64,000 nucleotides of DNA from Acidobacteriota bacterium (GCA_965263035.1 OZ253580.1:6134071-6198070), one strand, 5' to 3'; shown: positions 20,401 through 29,692, counted from the stretch's first letter. Notes: generated by a model not told the origin, from the letters alone. Translations and numbers: made by a program.

Positions 20401-22718
20401 GTCGAGTGATCGGGCTACGCTTCTCCCAAAACGGTCTAGCGGGCCCGATCCCGCCCGAACTCGGTTCGCTTTCCAATCTGCAGTCGCTGTCCCTCGGGGG
20501 GAACCAGCTAGCGGGCCCGATCCCGCCCGATCTCGGTTCGCTTTCCAATCTGCAGAGGCTGGACCTCAGTGAGAACCAGCTGACGGGCCCGATCCCGCCC
20601 GATCTCGGTTCGCTTTCCAATCTGGGGTCGCTGTACCTCTGGGAGAACCAGCTGACCGGTCCCATCCCGCCCGATCTCGGTTCGCTTTCCAATCTGCGGT
20701 GGCTGGACCTCGGGGGGAACCAGCTAACCGGTCCCATCCCGCCCGATCTCGGTTCGCTTTCCAATCTGGGGTCGCTGTACCTCTGGGAGAACCAGCTGAC
20801 CGGTCCCATCCCGCCCGATCTCGGTTCGCTTTCCAATCTGGGGGCGCTGTACCTCAGTGGGAACCAGCTGACCGGTCCCATCCCGCCCGATCTCGGTTCG
20901 CTTTCCAATCTGCGGACGCTGTACCTCAGTGGGAACCAGCTGACCGGTCCCATCCCGCCCGATCTCGGTTCGCTTTCCAATCTGCGGGCGCTGTCCCTCG
21001 ATGGGAACCAGCTGACCGGTCCCATCCCACCGGAACTGGGCGGAATGGAGCACCTGCGCACCCTGTCCCTGTCGAGGAACGCCGAGATGTCCGGAGCACT
21101 GCCCGCCCGCCTGACCGATCTGCTCCGTCTCGAAGCGCTTCTGGCTGGGGACACCCGTCTTTGCGTCCCCTCCGACGCACGCTTCCAGAACTGGCTGGAG
21201 CGGGTCTGGAAACGGCGGATTGCCCCTTGCTTCCGCGACGGCCTGCCGAAGGCGTACTTGACCCAGGCCGTGCAGTCACGAGAGTTTCCGGTGCCGCTTG
21301 TTGCCGGCGAGGACGCCCTGCTGCGGATGTTCGTGACGGCCCCGCGAGCGGGCGGGCATAAGATGCCCCCGGTCCGGGCCCGATTCTACGTCGATGGACG
21401 GGAAACGCACGTGTTAGACATCCCGGGAAAGTCCACTCCGGTACCGACCGGAGTGGACGAGGGAGCGCTTTCGGCTTCGGCCAACGCCGAAGTTCCAGGA
21501 GAGATCGTGCAGCCAGGCCTTGAAATGGTGATCGAGGTCGATCCGGAGGGGATACTGGACCCTGGACTGGGGGTGACGAAGCGCATTCCCGAGGAGGGCC
21601 GCCTCGCGGTGGACGTCCAAACGATGCCTCTTTTCGACCTGACGCTGATTCCGTTCCTCTGGAGCCAGGATCCCGATTCGTCGATTGTGGACTTGGTCGA
21701 GGCTATGGCCGAGGACGCCGAGGGCCACGAAATGCTCTGGCAGACCCGAACGCTGCTGCCGATCGGCGAGCTGGAGGTAACCGCCCACGAACGGGTTCTG
21801 AGCACGAGCAACAATGCGTTCGACCTGCGCGCTAACGCAGGGGCCATCCGGGCCATGGAGGGCGGAACGGGTTATTACATGGGATTGATGTCAAGGCCCG
21901 TCACGGGCGCGTCGGGAGTCGGGTTCATCGCCGGCTGGGTGAGTTTCTCGATTCCTTACGTCGCCACCATCGCACACGAACTCGGCCATAACCTGAGTCT
22001 TCACCACGCGCCGTGCGGGGGCGCCGGCGGTCCAGACCCGTCGTATCCCCAGACCGACGGTTCCATCGGTGCGTGGGGGTACGATTTGCACGAGGGCGGA
22101 CAACTGGTGCCGCCGTCACGACCCGATCTGATGAGCTATTGTGGCCCCTATTGGATTAGCGATTACCATTTCACCAACGCGCTCCGGTACCGGTTGCACA
22201 CCGCCGCCAGTGGCGGACCGTCGTCCCTGGTGGCCGCCCCGGCGAGATCCCTCCTGCTGTGGGGCGGCGTGGACGCCGGAGGGACACCGTTCCTGGAACC
22301 GGCGTTCGTGGTCGAGGCCCCGGCGTCACTGCCCCGTTCCACCGGTGAGTACGAGATCGTCGGACGAACCGCCGACGGAGACGAGTTGTTCTCGCTTCCA
22401 TTCCAGATGCCAGAGGTGGCCGACGGAGACGGGAGTTCCTCCTTCGCCTTCGTCCTTCCCGTACAGCCCGAATGGCCGGAATCCCTGGCCAGTATCACCC
22501 TCTCCGGACCCGGCGGTTCGGCCACGCTGGATGACAAGACCGACCGTCCGGTGACCATCCTGCGCAATTCCCGGACCGGTCAGATTCGCGGCATCCTGCG
22601 CGATGGGTCAGCCGCTGCCCTGGCCCGCGATGATGCGGTCTCCGCGTTGTCTCGGGAGCCGGACATGGAGGCGTTGAACAGCCGCGGAATCCCGGATTCG
22701 GAAGACTGGACGCGATAG
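17421..22718 (+). CDS. Large secreted protein: 2x constant N-terminal domain, Ig/PKD-like domain, three LRR blocks, M66-like metallopeptidase (family II)
   Basis: ORF open from 17193; start chosen by alignment to the 37348 paralog. 2x YFPDYVDGGGWSVQLVLSN; LTGPIPPELGSLSNL repeats; AYLTQAVQ; HELGHNLSLHHAPCG; DLMSYC. Confidence 0.88.
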   Translation: MISPLLGSFSVPFFAWWLFFVLSPPQTGGPSSEHGRRTDDSIAPQAQEPGETILYFPDYVDGGGWSVQLVLSNVDPETAAEVRVDVYDPDGQPVRDLFDSDLTLEIPSLGSRVLRSAGSGALRRGWIEVQTRSAAVSGLLTYRDTQSGIEVGVKPVALGQRFALFVEESPTVGAGVAVYKTDAAARVELRIRNEEGHDPMEGGVVRWGDFRQAARTLPEWFDVPGVDTEFLRDFRGLLFLETEDDSRFAPLGLRFGKGTSSLSAVPAIRTQSQEPQEAALVFPDYVDGGGWSVQLVLSNVDPDAAAEVRVDVYDPDGQPVRNLLDSDLTFEVPSQGSRVLRSAGSGAIRRGWIQVETDAAAVGGLLTYRDARTGIEVGVEPIRLGNEFALFVEESETIGAGLALFNPEASSRIELRLRDEEGNDPLDGVYVPWRDFHQAARTLPEWFDVEGVDTGFLRDFRGLLFLRTEDESGFAPLGLRFGKRSSSLSAVPAIRIPEGGGIDGGQAPPPTVTLSASPPSIDRGQSTTLTWSSTNAESAEITPDIGGVPTSGTRKVSPNVTTTYRITATGADGQTATASATVTVAVSERAALRALFDALGGSGWSHSNNWLTDTPLGDWYGVEVDSQGRVIGLRMAVWVDTEDGGREKLGNGLTGVIPPELGSLPHLRVLDLSHNRLEGPIPAQLGSLSSLQVLDLSGNQLTGPIPPELGSLSNLQRLNLGGNRLTGPIPPELGSLSNLQWLFLSGNQLTGPIPPELGSLSNLQWLFLSGNQLTGPIPPSFLQLEQLGYFYFSDNLGLCAPGTTGFVDWLKGIEQHDGPYCNQSDVAVIESLYQATGGANWTNSDGWLGEGAVSDWYGIRADSLGRVTGLDLSDNGLEGRVPGNLGQLSQMTELRIGGNALSGRLPLILTRLPLHEFHYADTELCAPTEASFQAWLNAIPSHDGTNMDCAPLTDRDILVSLYDATGGPDWTNNENWLTDTSLGDWSGVEVDGRGRVIGLRFSQNGLAGPIPPELGSLSNLQSLSLGGNQLAGPIPPDLGSLSNLQRLDLSENQLTGPIPPDLGSLSNLGSLYLWENQLTGPIPPDLGSLSNLRWLDLGGNQLTGPIPPDLGSLSNLGSLYLWENQLTGPIPPDLGSLSNLGALYLSGNQLTGPIPPDLGSLSNLRTLYLSGNQLTGPIPPDLGSLSNLRALSLDGNQLTGPIPPELGGMEHLRTLSLSRNAEMSGALPARLTDLLRLEALLAGDTRLCVPSDARFQNWLERVWKRRIAPCFRDGLPKAYLTQAVQSREFPVPLVAGEDALLRMFVTAPRAGGHKMPPVRARFYVDGRETHVLDIPGKSTPVPTGVDEGALSASANAEVPGEIVQPGLEMVIEVDPEGILDPGLGVTKRIPEEGRLAVDVQTMPLFDLTLIPFLWSQDPDSSIVDLVEAMAEDAEGHEMLWQTRTLLPIGELEVTAHERVLSTSNNAFDLRANAGAIRAMEGGTGYYMGLMSRPVTGASGVGFIAGWVSFSIPYVATIAHELGHNLSLHHAPCGGAGGPDPSYPQTDGSIGAWGYDLHEGGQLVPPSRPDLMSYCGPYWISDYHFTNALRYRLHTAASGGPSSLVAAPARSLLLWGGVDAGGTPFLEPAFVVEAPASLPRSTGEYEIVGRTADGDELFSLPFQMPEVADGDGSSSFAFVLPVQPEWPESLASITLSGPGGSATLDDKTDRPVTILRNSRTGQIRGILRDGSAAALARDDAVSALSREPDMEALNSRGIPDSEDWTR
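20436..21030 (+). repeat. Eight near-identical 72-bp LRR-coding tandem repeats
   Basis: GGTCCCATCCCGCCCGATCTCGGTTCGCTTTCCAATCTG-(variable)-AACCAGCTGACC repeated with period 72. Confidence 0.92.
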
Positions 22719-22763
22719 GAGGGACGGATCGTCCTCCACTCGGATAACAAACTCCGTAGACTG

Positions 22764-22791
22764 ACGTCCGTTAACTGAAATTGACGGACGT
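22764..22791. repeat. Site A copy 2
   Basis: ACGTCCGTTAA-CTGAAA-TTGACGGACGT. Confidence 0.88.
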
Positions 22792-22878
22792 TCTCTGGGA
22801 AAAGGGAGGATGCCGGGGGGTGCGAATCAGCCCCAAGCCGACCGGAAACACGGGTCAGAAGAAGACGGCCTGTCCCCG

Positions 22879-23331
22879 TCAGGAGGGATCAGGATACGAT
22901 AATTGCACTTTATCGTAATGAGGAGCGACTGGATCGAGGACCTGGAGCCCCAGTGATCCACCGGCGCCAGACCAGATCGAACTATTTGAGGTCTTCTCGG
23001 GAAATAGATTGCCGATTCGTGGAGACTGATCCCCAACCGTCGGACCGGAAGGCCATCGATGGCCTTCCACCCGGAGTCCCCAGGGCCAGTCAACTGCCCC
23101 TGGAACCGAAGGTTCCAACACACGCGGCCCATCCTCGGCGGCCCTCTGGAGACCCATGTAGACCCTGTTCACGCGCCCAGGGAAGTAAATCAGCAGGAGG
23201 TCACCTTTCTTCACATGCTTCCTTAACCGGCGGCCTGTGTCCTCGCTGAAGTGCTGATGCCGGAGATCGTTGCAAATCCACTCCTGCTTTGGGTTTTCGT
23301 TGGCCCCTTTCATCGCTTGCCAGATAGCCAT
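22879..23331 (-). CDS. Hypothetical protein, possibly EVE/PUA-like; its 3' end reads through site B3
   Basis: 150-aa ORF with VKKGDLLLIY; the last residues (HYDKVQLSYPDPS) are encoded by the site B element itself. Confidence 0.5.
   Translation of the reverse strand: MAIWQAMKGANENPKQEWICNDLRHQHFSEDTGRRLRKHVKKGDLLLIYFPGRVNRVYMGLQRAAEDGPRVLEPSVPGAVDWPWGLRVEGHRWPSGPTVGDQSPRIGNLFPEKTSNSSIWSGAGGSLGLQVLDPVAPHYDKVQLSYPDPS
22895..22917. repeat. Site B copy 3
   Basis: TACGATAA-TTGCACT-TTATCGTA. Confidence 0.88.
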
Positions 23332-23377
23332 TGACGGTCCTCTCCTCTTGACATTCCTGCCCAGTCGAAAATACTCT

Positions 23378-23399
23378 CCGGGTAACGTACTTTACCGTA
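23378..23399. repeat. Site B copy 4 (hybrid type)
   Basis: CCGGGTAA-CGTACT-TTACCGTA, followed by the same ~220-bp leader that follows B1 (12583-12800). Confidence 0.7.
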
Positions 23400-23617
23400 A
23401 TCTAAACCACGCCCCTGACCTTCTGATTTTGCGCGCCGGCCGACGTCCGGAGCCGTCCTCTTTTTCCCGCATCCGGTGAGCCCATTGGGGTGAAAAACGA
23501 GGCCAGGACCTGATCCGCCGAGTCGGGGATCCGTTCTACACTTCGGCCAGAAGGAGCTTCCCCGCATCCCTGAATACTGTTGCAGGCGCTCCCATCCACC
23601 TGGAGGAACCGTTCTGG

Positions 23618-26600
23618 ATGTCAGTCCACACCCCGAAGACCTCGCATCTTTGCCGCCGCCGATCCCCGACTTTTCTCCCGGCCATTGCCCTGACCGTGGG
23701 TCTACTGGTCACAACGAAGCACGCCACGGCGCAGATCGTCCCCGTCTGCGACCGGACCCCGGACGTGCGCGCCGAGATCGTGAGGCTTGTGCCCGGAGTC
23801 AGCGATTGTGCCGACGTGACCGAGGCGCATCTGGCTGCGATTGAGGGAGAGTTTTTCCACGGCGGCTGGTATGACGCTTTGCCCACTTGGGCTGGCGGAC
23901 CCCACCTCGCGCGGGGGGCCCCTCCACAGGTAGAAAAGTTGAGAGCCGGAGATTTTTCTGGTCTCTCCTCGCTGAAAATTCTCTATTTGGACCGAACTCC
24001 ATTAGCCAGTTTGCCCCAGGGAGTCTTCGCTGGCCTTTCCTCGTTGGAAGAGCTCCACCTTGATCGCACTCAGTTGAGCACGTTGCCGGAGGGGGTCTTC
24101 GTCGGCCTCTCCTCACTGAAACGGCTCAATCTGTTCCAAAGCCAGTTAACTATCCTGCCGGAGGGGGTCTTCGCCGGCCTCTCCTCATTGGAACGCCTTA
24201 CCCTGAGTCACAATCAATTGGACACTCTGCCAAAGGGGATTTTCTCCGACCTGGCCTCGTTGAAGGAACTCGATCTGAATAACAATGATCTGATCAGTCT
24301 CCCAGTCAACGTCTTTTCGAGTCTCTCCTCCCTGGAACGGCTCAATCTGAATCACAATTTGCTGGACACTCTGTCACAGGGGGTCTTTGCTGGACTCTCT
24401 GCGCTCGAATCACTCAACCTGTCGGCCAATCAACTGACCCAGCTACCCGCTGGGGTCTTTGCCGTCCTCTTCTCGCTGGAAGGTCTCTCGCTGAGTCACA
24501 ATCAACTGACCCGTCTACCGGTCGGGGTCTTTGCTGGACTCTCTGCGCTCAAATCACTCTCCCTTTCGACCAATCAACTAACCCAGTTACCCGCTGGGGT
24601 CTTCGCCGGACTCTTCTCGCTGGAAGGTCTCTCGCTGAGTCGCAATCAATTGACCCATTTACCGGTTAGGGTCTTTGCTGGACTCTCTGCGCTCGAATCA
24701 CTCGACCTGTCGGACAATCAACTGACCCAGCTACCCGCTGGGGTCTTTGCCGTCCTCTTCTCGCTGGAATATCTCTCGTTGAGTCGCAATCAATTGACCC
24801 ATTTACCGGTTGGGGTCTTCTCAGGTCTTTTTGCGCTTAAAAAGCTCCTTCTGGATCACAATCGCCTGACCCATTTTCCGGAGGGCATCTTCTCCGGCCT
24901 CTCCAGTCTAAGAGAGGTGGAGGCAGAGAGAAACGCCGCGACCCCCTTGGGCATTCGGGTTTCACTGGAGCGGGTGGGAAGAGGCCGGTTCAAAGCCAGG
25001 GCTGACACTGGAGCCCCCCGCACTATCTTCGTGACGGTTTCTGTCGTCAATGGTGTCATCAATGGTGGCTCAAACAGCATCGTTATTCCCACTGGAAGCA
25101 TGGAAAGCTCCGTCGTCACGGTCTCCCGCCACCCAAGAACATCCGCCGCCGTCTCCGTGGATATCGACAGCTTTCGCCGGAACCACTATCTTTATTCCTA
25201 TCCCTATCTTCCGGGCCTCGAACCCGTCAGGTCCCCCGATTTGCCGCTGGTCGTTTTGGAGCCTGGTGTTGATCCGGTTGTTGATCTGACCTTTGCACAT
25301 TTTGGGAACGGAACATCGATCCGATCCGAACTCGTGCTGGTGAACCTGGGCTCGCTCCCGCTTCTTCCCGCCATCTTCTTTTACGACAAGGCGGGACACC
25401 TCATTGACTCAACTTCGGTGGTGGATATCCGGAACAATCTGTATCTCCGAGCCGACGGAGGCTTGGGCGTGTGGACAGCCATCCCCCCCCTGGGAGAGCT
25501 TACGATCTCCACCCATGGGAGAGGAGATTTGATCACGGGATCGGCAAGGGTTGTGGCAGCCGGTCCCATGGGCGGGGTCTTGCGCTTTGACGGCTCGGAT
25601 CTCGGAGTCGCCGGAGTCGGGTCCAGCCCGGCCCTCCAAGACATCGTCTTCCCCGTGCGCCGCCAACTCTCAGGAGTCAATACCGGAGCAGCATTCCATA
25701 ACCTGGAGCCCCATCCCACGATTGTGAACTGCCAACTGATGCAAGACGGAGAGATGCTTGAAGAAACGGCGGTTCTGCTGGCCGCCAACGGTCAAACAGC
25801 TCGGTTCATTGATGAGATGTTCTCTGCAACCGAGACATCGAGCTTTGTAGGGTCAGTGCGCTGTGCTGCTCCTGGAGATGAGTTGTTCACCGGCTTGGCC
25901 CTGGAGATGGACTTCCAGAACCGAGTGTTCACCACCTTGCCGATGGTCCCTGTTCCGGCGGGGCGGACACAAGACTACACGCAACTGCACTTCCCTCATT
26001 TCGCCAACGGTTCCTCCATCACTTCCGACCTGGTGTTCGTGAACGTGGCCGCAGGACCGATTCACCCGGCCATCTATTTCTACGATCGTGCAGGCCGTCT
26101 CATTGCCCCGGAATTAGTGGTGGACATCGGGGAAGACCTTCAGGTCCGCGCGGACGGAGCCCTGACCATGCAGGCGGAAGTGGCCCCGCTGGGAGAACTC
26201 ACGATCTCCACGCACGGGCGGGGAGATCTGGTGACCGGGTCGGTGAAAGTCATTGCCGATGGTCCCATCGGTGGGTTCCTGCGATTCGACAACCCCGAGA
26301 TCGGAGTCACTGGGGTCGGCGCCAGTGAGGATGTCCACGCCGCCATCTTTCCAGTTCGACACCAAGCGAGGGGAATCCGTACCGGAACGGCAATCCGCAA
26401 TCTGCAGGACAATTCGGTGCCAGTCACATGCCAACTGACACAGTCTGGCAGGGTGCTGGAAGAGAAGAAATTTCGTCTGCCGAGCAACGGACAGACCACC
26501 CGGTTCGTTGACGAGTGGTTCCCTGAGGCCGTTACATCCGACTTTGAGGGAGCGGTGCGTTGTACCGTACCCGACCGCGGTAGGTTCACCGGATTGGCTC

Positions 26601-26662
26601 TGGAGATGGATGCCGACAACCGCATCTTCACAACGTTGCCGGTGGTGCCGTTTCGGCGTTGA
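23618..26662 (+). CDS. Secreted LRR protein (~14 LRRs) with two constant C-terminal domains (family I)
   Basis: PVCDRT cap, long L..LP.GVF.GL..L array, 2x constant domain. Confidence 0.9.
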   Translation: MSVHTPKTSHLCRRRSPTFLPAIALTVGLLVTTKHATAQIVPVCDRTPDVRAEIVRLVPGVSDCADVTEAHLAAIEGEFFHGGWYDALPTWAGGPHLARGAPPQVEKLRAGDFSGLSSLKILYLDRTPLASLPQGVFAGLSSLEELHLDRTQLSTLPEGVFVGLSSLKRLNLFQSQLTILPEGVFAGLSSLERLTLSHNQLDTLPKGIFSDLASLKELDLNNNDLISLPVNVFSSLSSLERLNLNHNLLDTLSQGVFAGLSALESLNLSANQLTQLPAGVFAVLFSLEGLSLSHNQLTRLPVGVFAGLSALKSLSLSTNQLTQLPAGVFAGLFSLEGLSLSRNQLTHLPVRVFAGLSALESLDLSDNQLTQLPAGVFAVLFSLEYLSLSRNQLTHLPVGVFSGLFALKKLLLDHNRLTHFPEGIFSGLSSLREVEAERNAATPLGIRVSLERVGRGRFKARADTGAPRTIFVTVSVVNGVINGGSNSIVIPTGSMESSVVTVSRHPRTSAAVSVDIDSFRRNHYLYSYPYLPGLEPVRSPDLPLVVLEPGVDPVVDLTFAHFGNGTSIRSELVLVNLGSLPLLPAIFFYDKAGHLIDSTSVVDIRNNLYLRADGGLGVWTAIPPLGELTISTHGRGDLITGSARVVAAGPMGGVLRFDGSDLGVAGVGSSPALQDIVFPVRRQLSGVNTGAAFHNLEPHPTIVNCQLMQDGEMLEETAVLLAANGQTARFIDEMFSATETSSFVGSVRCAAPGDELFTGLALEMDFQNRVFTTLPMVPVPAGRTQDYTQLHFPHFANGSSITSDLVFVNVAAGPIHPAIYFYDRAGRLIAPELVVDIGEDLQVRADGALTMQAEVAPLGELTISTHGRGDLVTGSVKVIADGPIGGFLRFDNPEIGVTGVGASEDVHAAIFPVRHQARGIRTGTAIRNLQDNSVPVTCQLTQSGRVLEEKKFRLPSNGQTTRFVDEWFPEAVTSDFEGAVRCTVPDRGRFTGLALEMDADNRIFTTLPVVPFRR

Positions 26663-26785
26663 TCTGTCGAGAATAGCCACCGCCGCCAGCGTTTTGGAGA
26701 ATATTCGTTCGTTCAAGGAGCTACGGGCCAAGATGGACTCTCCTCCGCGCTTTCCAGGACTGGATAGACCTCGAGAATTAAGAAC

Positions 26786-27142
26786 ATGATCTGGAACCTG
26801 GTTCTCATTGGGGGATTTCTTCACTTAGCCGTCGTCCTCCAGAGCCAAATCCGGTTCCTGAAACAGATGGAGTCGCGCTTGGATGTCCGCATCACCAAAC
26901 TGGAGACACTACTCGGAGATCTGCGGGATTGCGTCCACCGGATCGAGGAAACGCTGGCTGCGTCCAAAGAGTCCTGCGGAGGAACTGTTTCGGATGCCCG
27001 CGCGCTCGCCCCCGATCCACAGACCTTGTTCTGGGATTCGGCCTGGAGGGGTTCCCCTGCATCAATGAAAGTGAGGTATAGATCCGAATGCCAGCCGACG
27101 CCCGAAGCAAACCGCATCTCCTACGGTCGAAATTCCCGATAG
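26786..27142 (+). CDS. Small hypothetical protein (hydrophobic N-terminus plus coiled coil)
   Basis: MIWNLVLIGGFLHLAVVL...RLDVRITKLETLLGDLRDCVHRIEE; similar architecture to 46532..46798. Confidence 0.45.
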   Translation: MIWNLVLIGGFLHLAVVLQSQIRFLKQMESRLDVRITKLETLLGDLRDCVHRIEETLAASKESCGGTVSDARALAPDPQTLFWDSAWRGSPASMKVRYRSECQPTPEANRISYGRNSR

Positions 27143-28587
27143 TTCTCTTGGCTGCAATGCTGAGAGTAAGCCTGTTGACTGCGACGCCGGCCCAGGAACT
27201 CCCGACTTATAAGGTGCAGTTCTTTCTACCGATGGATCTGTATCGAGAATCCAAAACGCCCGAACAGCTGAATCCTGCTGCAGTCAGCCGGATGCGAGAT
27301 CAGATCCGAGAGATCGATCCGAGGGTCACACAGCTCGGCACCCTCCCTACCTGGGTCTTCCCACTCTTTGCGCACGCGGCTTTGGAGCCGAACTTCGATC
27401 CACATCGCGACATCACTGGCGTTGACACGCCCGAGGCATTGGTGCAGTGCATTCCGTCCCTCAAGAGTCCCGAATATCGCCGATTGATCGGCATTCGAAA
27501 TCGAGTGTGGGCCGCAATCGTTAGGGAATTCCCTGAAATCAATAACTGGCTTGTGGGTGTAGAAGAGGGTCTCGACAGGAAAGGTGTCCACTCTCCACTC
27601 GTTGACTGCCAAGGGAGATACCTTACGGACACCGATCTCATTGAGTTTATCGTCGACACCCTGGAGGAACTGTACCCCACCATCAAGCAGGGGAATCGCT
27701 GCGCCAAGGTTATCGCCTTTTTTACGAATGGCCCCCTCGATATCGAGCCCTACATTGATATTCCCCGCTTAATCCAAGTGGAAATTCAGCGCCGGGGGAA
27801 TGACCCAATGGAGTACTATGACCTGTTCGCGGACCAGCTGGCACCTCAGTTCGAGTTCCTCCCTTGGGGGGGAGTCCTGTTGGATCGCTTTCCCGACGGA
27901 CGTTGCACGTTGGACTTTGCCCATTTCGGGAACGGATCTTCAATCCGTTCCGATTTGGTGCTGGTAAACCGAACCACCTCGGCAGTACGTCCCTTCGTAT
28001 TTTTTTTCGATCAGAAAGGAAATCCGGTACCCCCCGACTCGTTGGCCGACGTGGCGGAAGGTTTGGAATTCGACCAGGGTGGTGCCTTGAGCGTTCGGAC
28101 GGAGTTGGCGCCCTTAGGGGAGACGACAATTACGACCCATGGTCGAGGCGGCCTGGTGACCGGTTCGGTGAGGATTGTCTCCGACGGTCCCGTCGGCGGG
28201 GCGCTGCGTTTCAATGTTTCGAATGTCGGCGTGTCCGGGGTGGGTATCAGTCGACCCGTCGATGACGCGCTATTTCCGGTCCGGCGACAAGAAGGCGGTG
28301 TCCGTACCGCGGCAGCTATCCACAACCTCAGTACGAAGAAGATTGAGTTGACCTGCCAATTGATGAAGGAGGGCATCATCCTGGAAGAAGTCGGGGTCTC
28401 TGTGGAAGCCAACGGACAGGTGGCCCGGTTCATCGAAGAAATGTTCACCGAGACCGATACATCGGACTTCGCTGGGTCGGTAAGGTGTACGGCTCCATGG
28501 AGGGAGTTGTTCACCGGAGTGGCGGTAGAAATGGATGCCAATAATCGAATCTTCACCACACTGCCCATAGTGCCGGTCCGGCGGTGA
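27088..28587 (+). CDS. Secreted protein, unknown N-terminal domain plus one constant C-terminal domain (family I)
   Basis: Signal-like segment; LDFAHFGNG...NRIFTTLPIVPVRR at the C-terminus. Confidence 0.8.
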   Translation: MPADARSKPHLLRSKFPIVLLAAMLRVSLLTATPAQELPTYKVQFFLPMDLYRESKTPEQLNPAAVSRMRDQIREIDPRVTQLGTLPTWVFPLFAHAALEPNFDPHRDITGVDTPEALVQCIPSLKSPEYRRLIGIRNRVWAAIVREFPEINNWLVGVEEGLDRKGVHSPLVDCQGRYLTDTDLIEFIVDTLEELYPTIKQGNRCAKVIAFFTNGPLDIEPYIDIPRLIQVEIQRRGNDPMEYYDLFADQLAPQFEFLPWGGVLLDRFPDGRCTLDFAHFGNGSSIRSDLVLVNRTTSAVRPFVFFFDQKGNPVPPDSLADVAEGLEFDQGGALSVRTELAPLGETTITTHGRGGLVTGSVRIVSDGPVGGALRFNVSNVGVSGVGISRPVDDALFPVRRQEGGVRTAAAIHNLSTKKIELTCQLMKEGIILEEVGVSVEANGQVARFIEEMFTETDTSDFAGSVRCTAPWRELFTGVAVEMDANNRIFTTLPIVPVRR

Positions 28588-28625
28588 GCAGCCGGGATTA
28601 GCTGGCGGGGCGATCTCTGGAGAAC

Positions 28626-28649
28626 CTCCTTTAACTGAAATTAACGGCC
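28626..28649. repeat. Site A copy 3
   Basis: CTCCTTTAA-CTGAAA-TTAACGGCC. Confidence 0.78.
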
Positions 28650-28775
28650 GTCCCCCGGAAAAAAGGGAGGCTGGCGGCGTTTCTCCGCTTCTCTCGGAGG
28701 TCGTGAATCAGCCTCGATCTGCCCGCAAAACGGTCCAGAAGAAGATGGCCAGACGCCCCCAGAAAAGGGTCAGCT

Positions 28776-28798
28776 TACAATAAGATCAACTTATCGTA
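28776..28798. repeat. Site B copy 5
   Basis: TACAATAA-GATCAAC-TTATCGTA. Confidence 0.8.
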
Positions 28799-29005
28799 CC
28801 CTATAGCCTGTCAGAACAGCCCCCGCTGGGCCTGGTACTGCCGGGGGGCCTCCAGCTTCTCTGTTCCAGCGCCCAACGAATTCGTACCCTGTGGATACCA
28901 ATCTCTGTGCCCAGGGGGGACCTCGTAGATTTTTCGCATCCAAGGAATGAGGGAAACAGACTTCGCTCTGCCCTGTCCTTCGTCCATTTGGTGGTCCCCG
29001 AAAAA

Positions 29006-29455
29006 TCACCTCGAGCGGCCACGTCGCACAAGCCGAAGAAATACGAACCAGACCAAGGGGATGCAGTAAACAGCAAGTGCCGACCAGTGACCGAGGCGGA
29101 AGTCGAAGCCAAGCTCGGTGGCCCAAAGCACACCCGCCACTAGGAAGAATCCTCCTGTATACAGCTTGTCCTGGCGGGTCCAGGTGAATCTCGGTCTTGT
29201 CCAGATGTGGGAAGCGACCACTGCGAACGCCACAAACCAGAGGAAGTGGGCGGGCCGATAAAACGTGGGAATCACATACTCATCGAGCCGATCCCAGGTC
29301 TTAGTCAGGGGCTGCATCCAGACCGCCAGAGAGAAGGCCACGACCGTGCGCAGGATCCTCAGAAGTATCTTCACGATCGACCACTCCCGACTCATCTCTC
29401 CCCCCTCCTCATTCGCAGCGGCCCGAGTGTTCGTGATCTTCCGGGTGCTGCACAA
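29006..29455 (-). CDS. Hypothetical membrane protein
   Basis: Three to four hydrophobic segments; a likely internal ATG follows GAGGAGGGGG. Confidence 0.55.
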   Translation of the reverse strand: MCSTRKITNTRAAANEEGGEMSREWSIVKILLRILRTVVAFSLAVWMQPLTKTWDRLDEYVIPTFYRPAHFLWFVAFAVVASHIWTRPRFTWTRQDKLYTGGFFLVAGVLWATELGFDFRLGHWSALAVYCIPLVWFVFLRLVRRGRSR

Positions 29456-29566
29456 CTGAATCCTCCGGTTCCCTCAGTTTTATCGATGGCGTGATGCTCT
29501 ACACTACACCGCGTCACGCGCCAGAACCTGTGAGCAGACGGCGGACCATCAAATGAAGAAACGAGC

Positions 29567-29692
29567 ATGTCGAGAAAAGTCGCAGACGTAGCCACATTTC
29601 AGAAATACCTCCAGCGCGTGATAGACCGCACTCTCCATCACGGCCACAACGTGCAGGCGATCCTCCTCACCCTGGCTGTGTCCGTTAACTGA
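29567..29692 (+). pseudogene. Truncated VCH_CASS14-like (integron cassette protein family) N-terminus
   Basis: MSRKVADVATFQKYLQRVIDRTLHHGHNVQAILLTLA resembles, from memory, MALTVKDVNILSQYISGVMARADHHAGNVEEIALALA. The ORF runs into site A4. Confidence 0.55.

Noticed and set aside
20436-21030. Diversity-generating retroelement target
   Set aside because: No reverse transcriptase or template repeat in the window, and framework adenines are unmutated. Kept only as a test under the LRR finding.
22764-22791. Site A as a rho-independent terminator or the chromosomal dif site
   Set aside because: No U-tract in the right position on either strand. There are multiple copies, and the arms do not match the XerD consensus TTATGTTAAAT.
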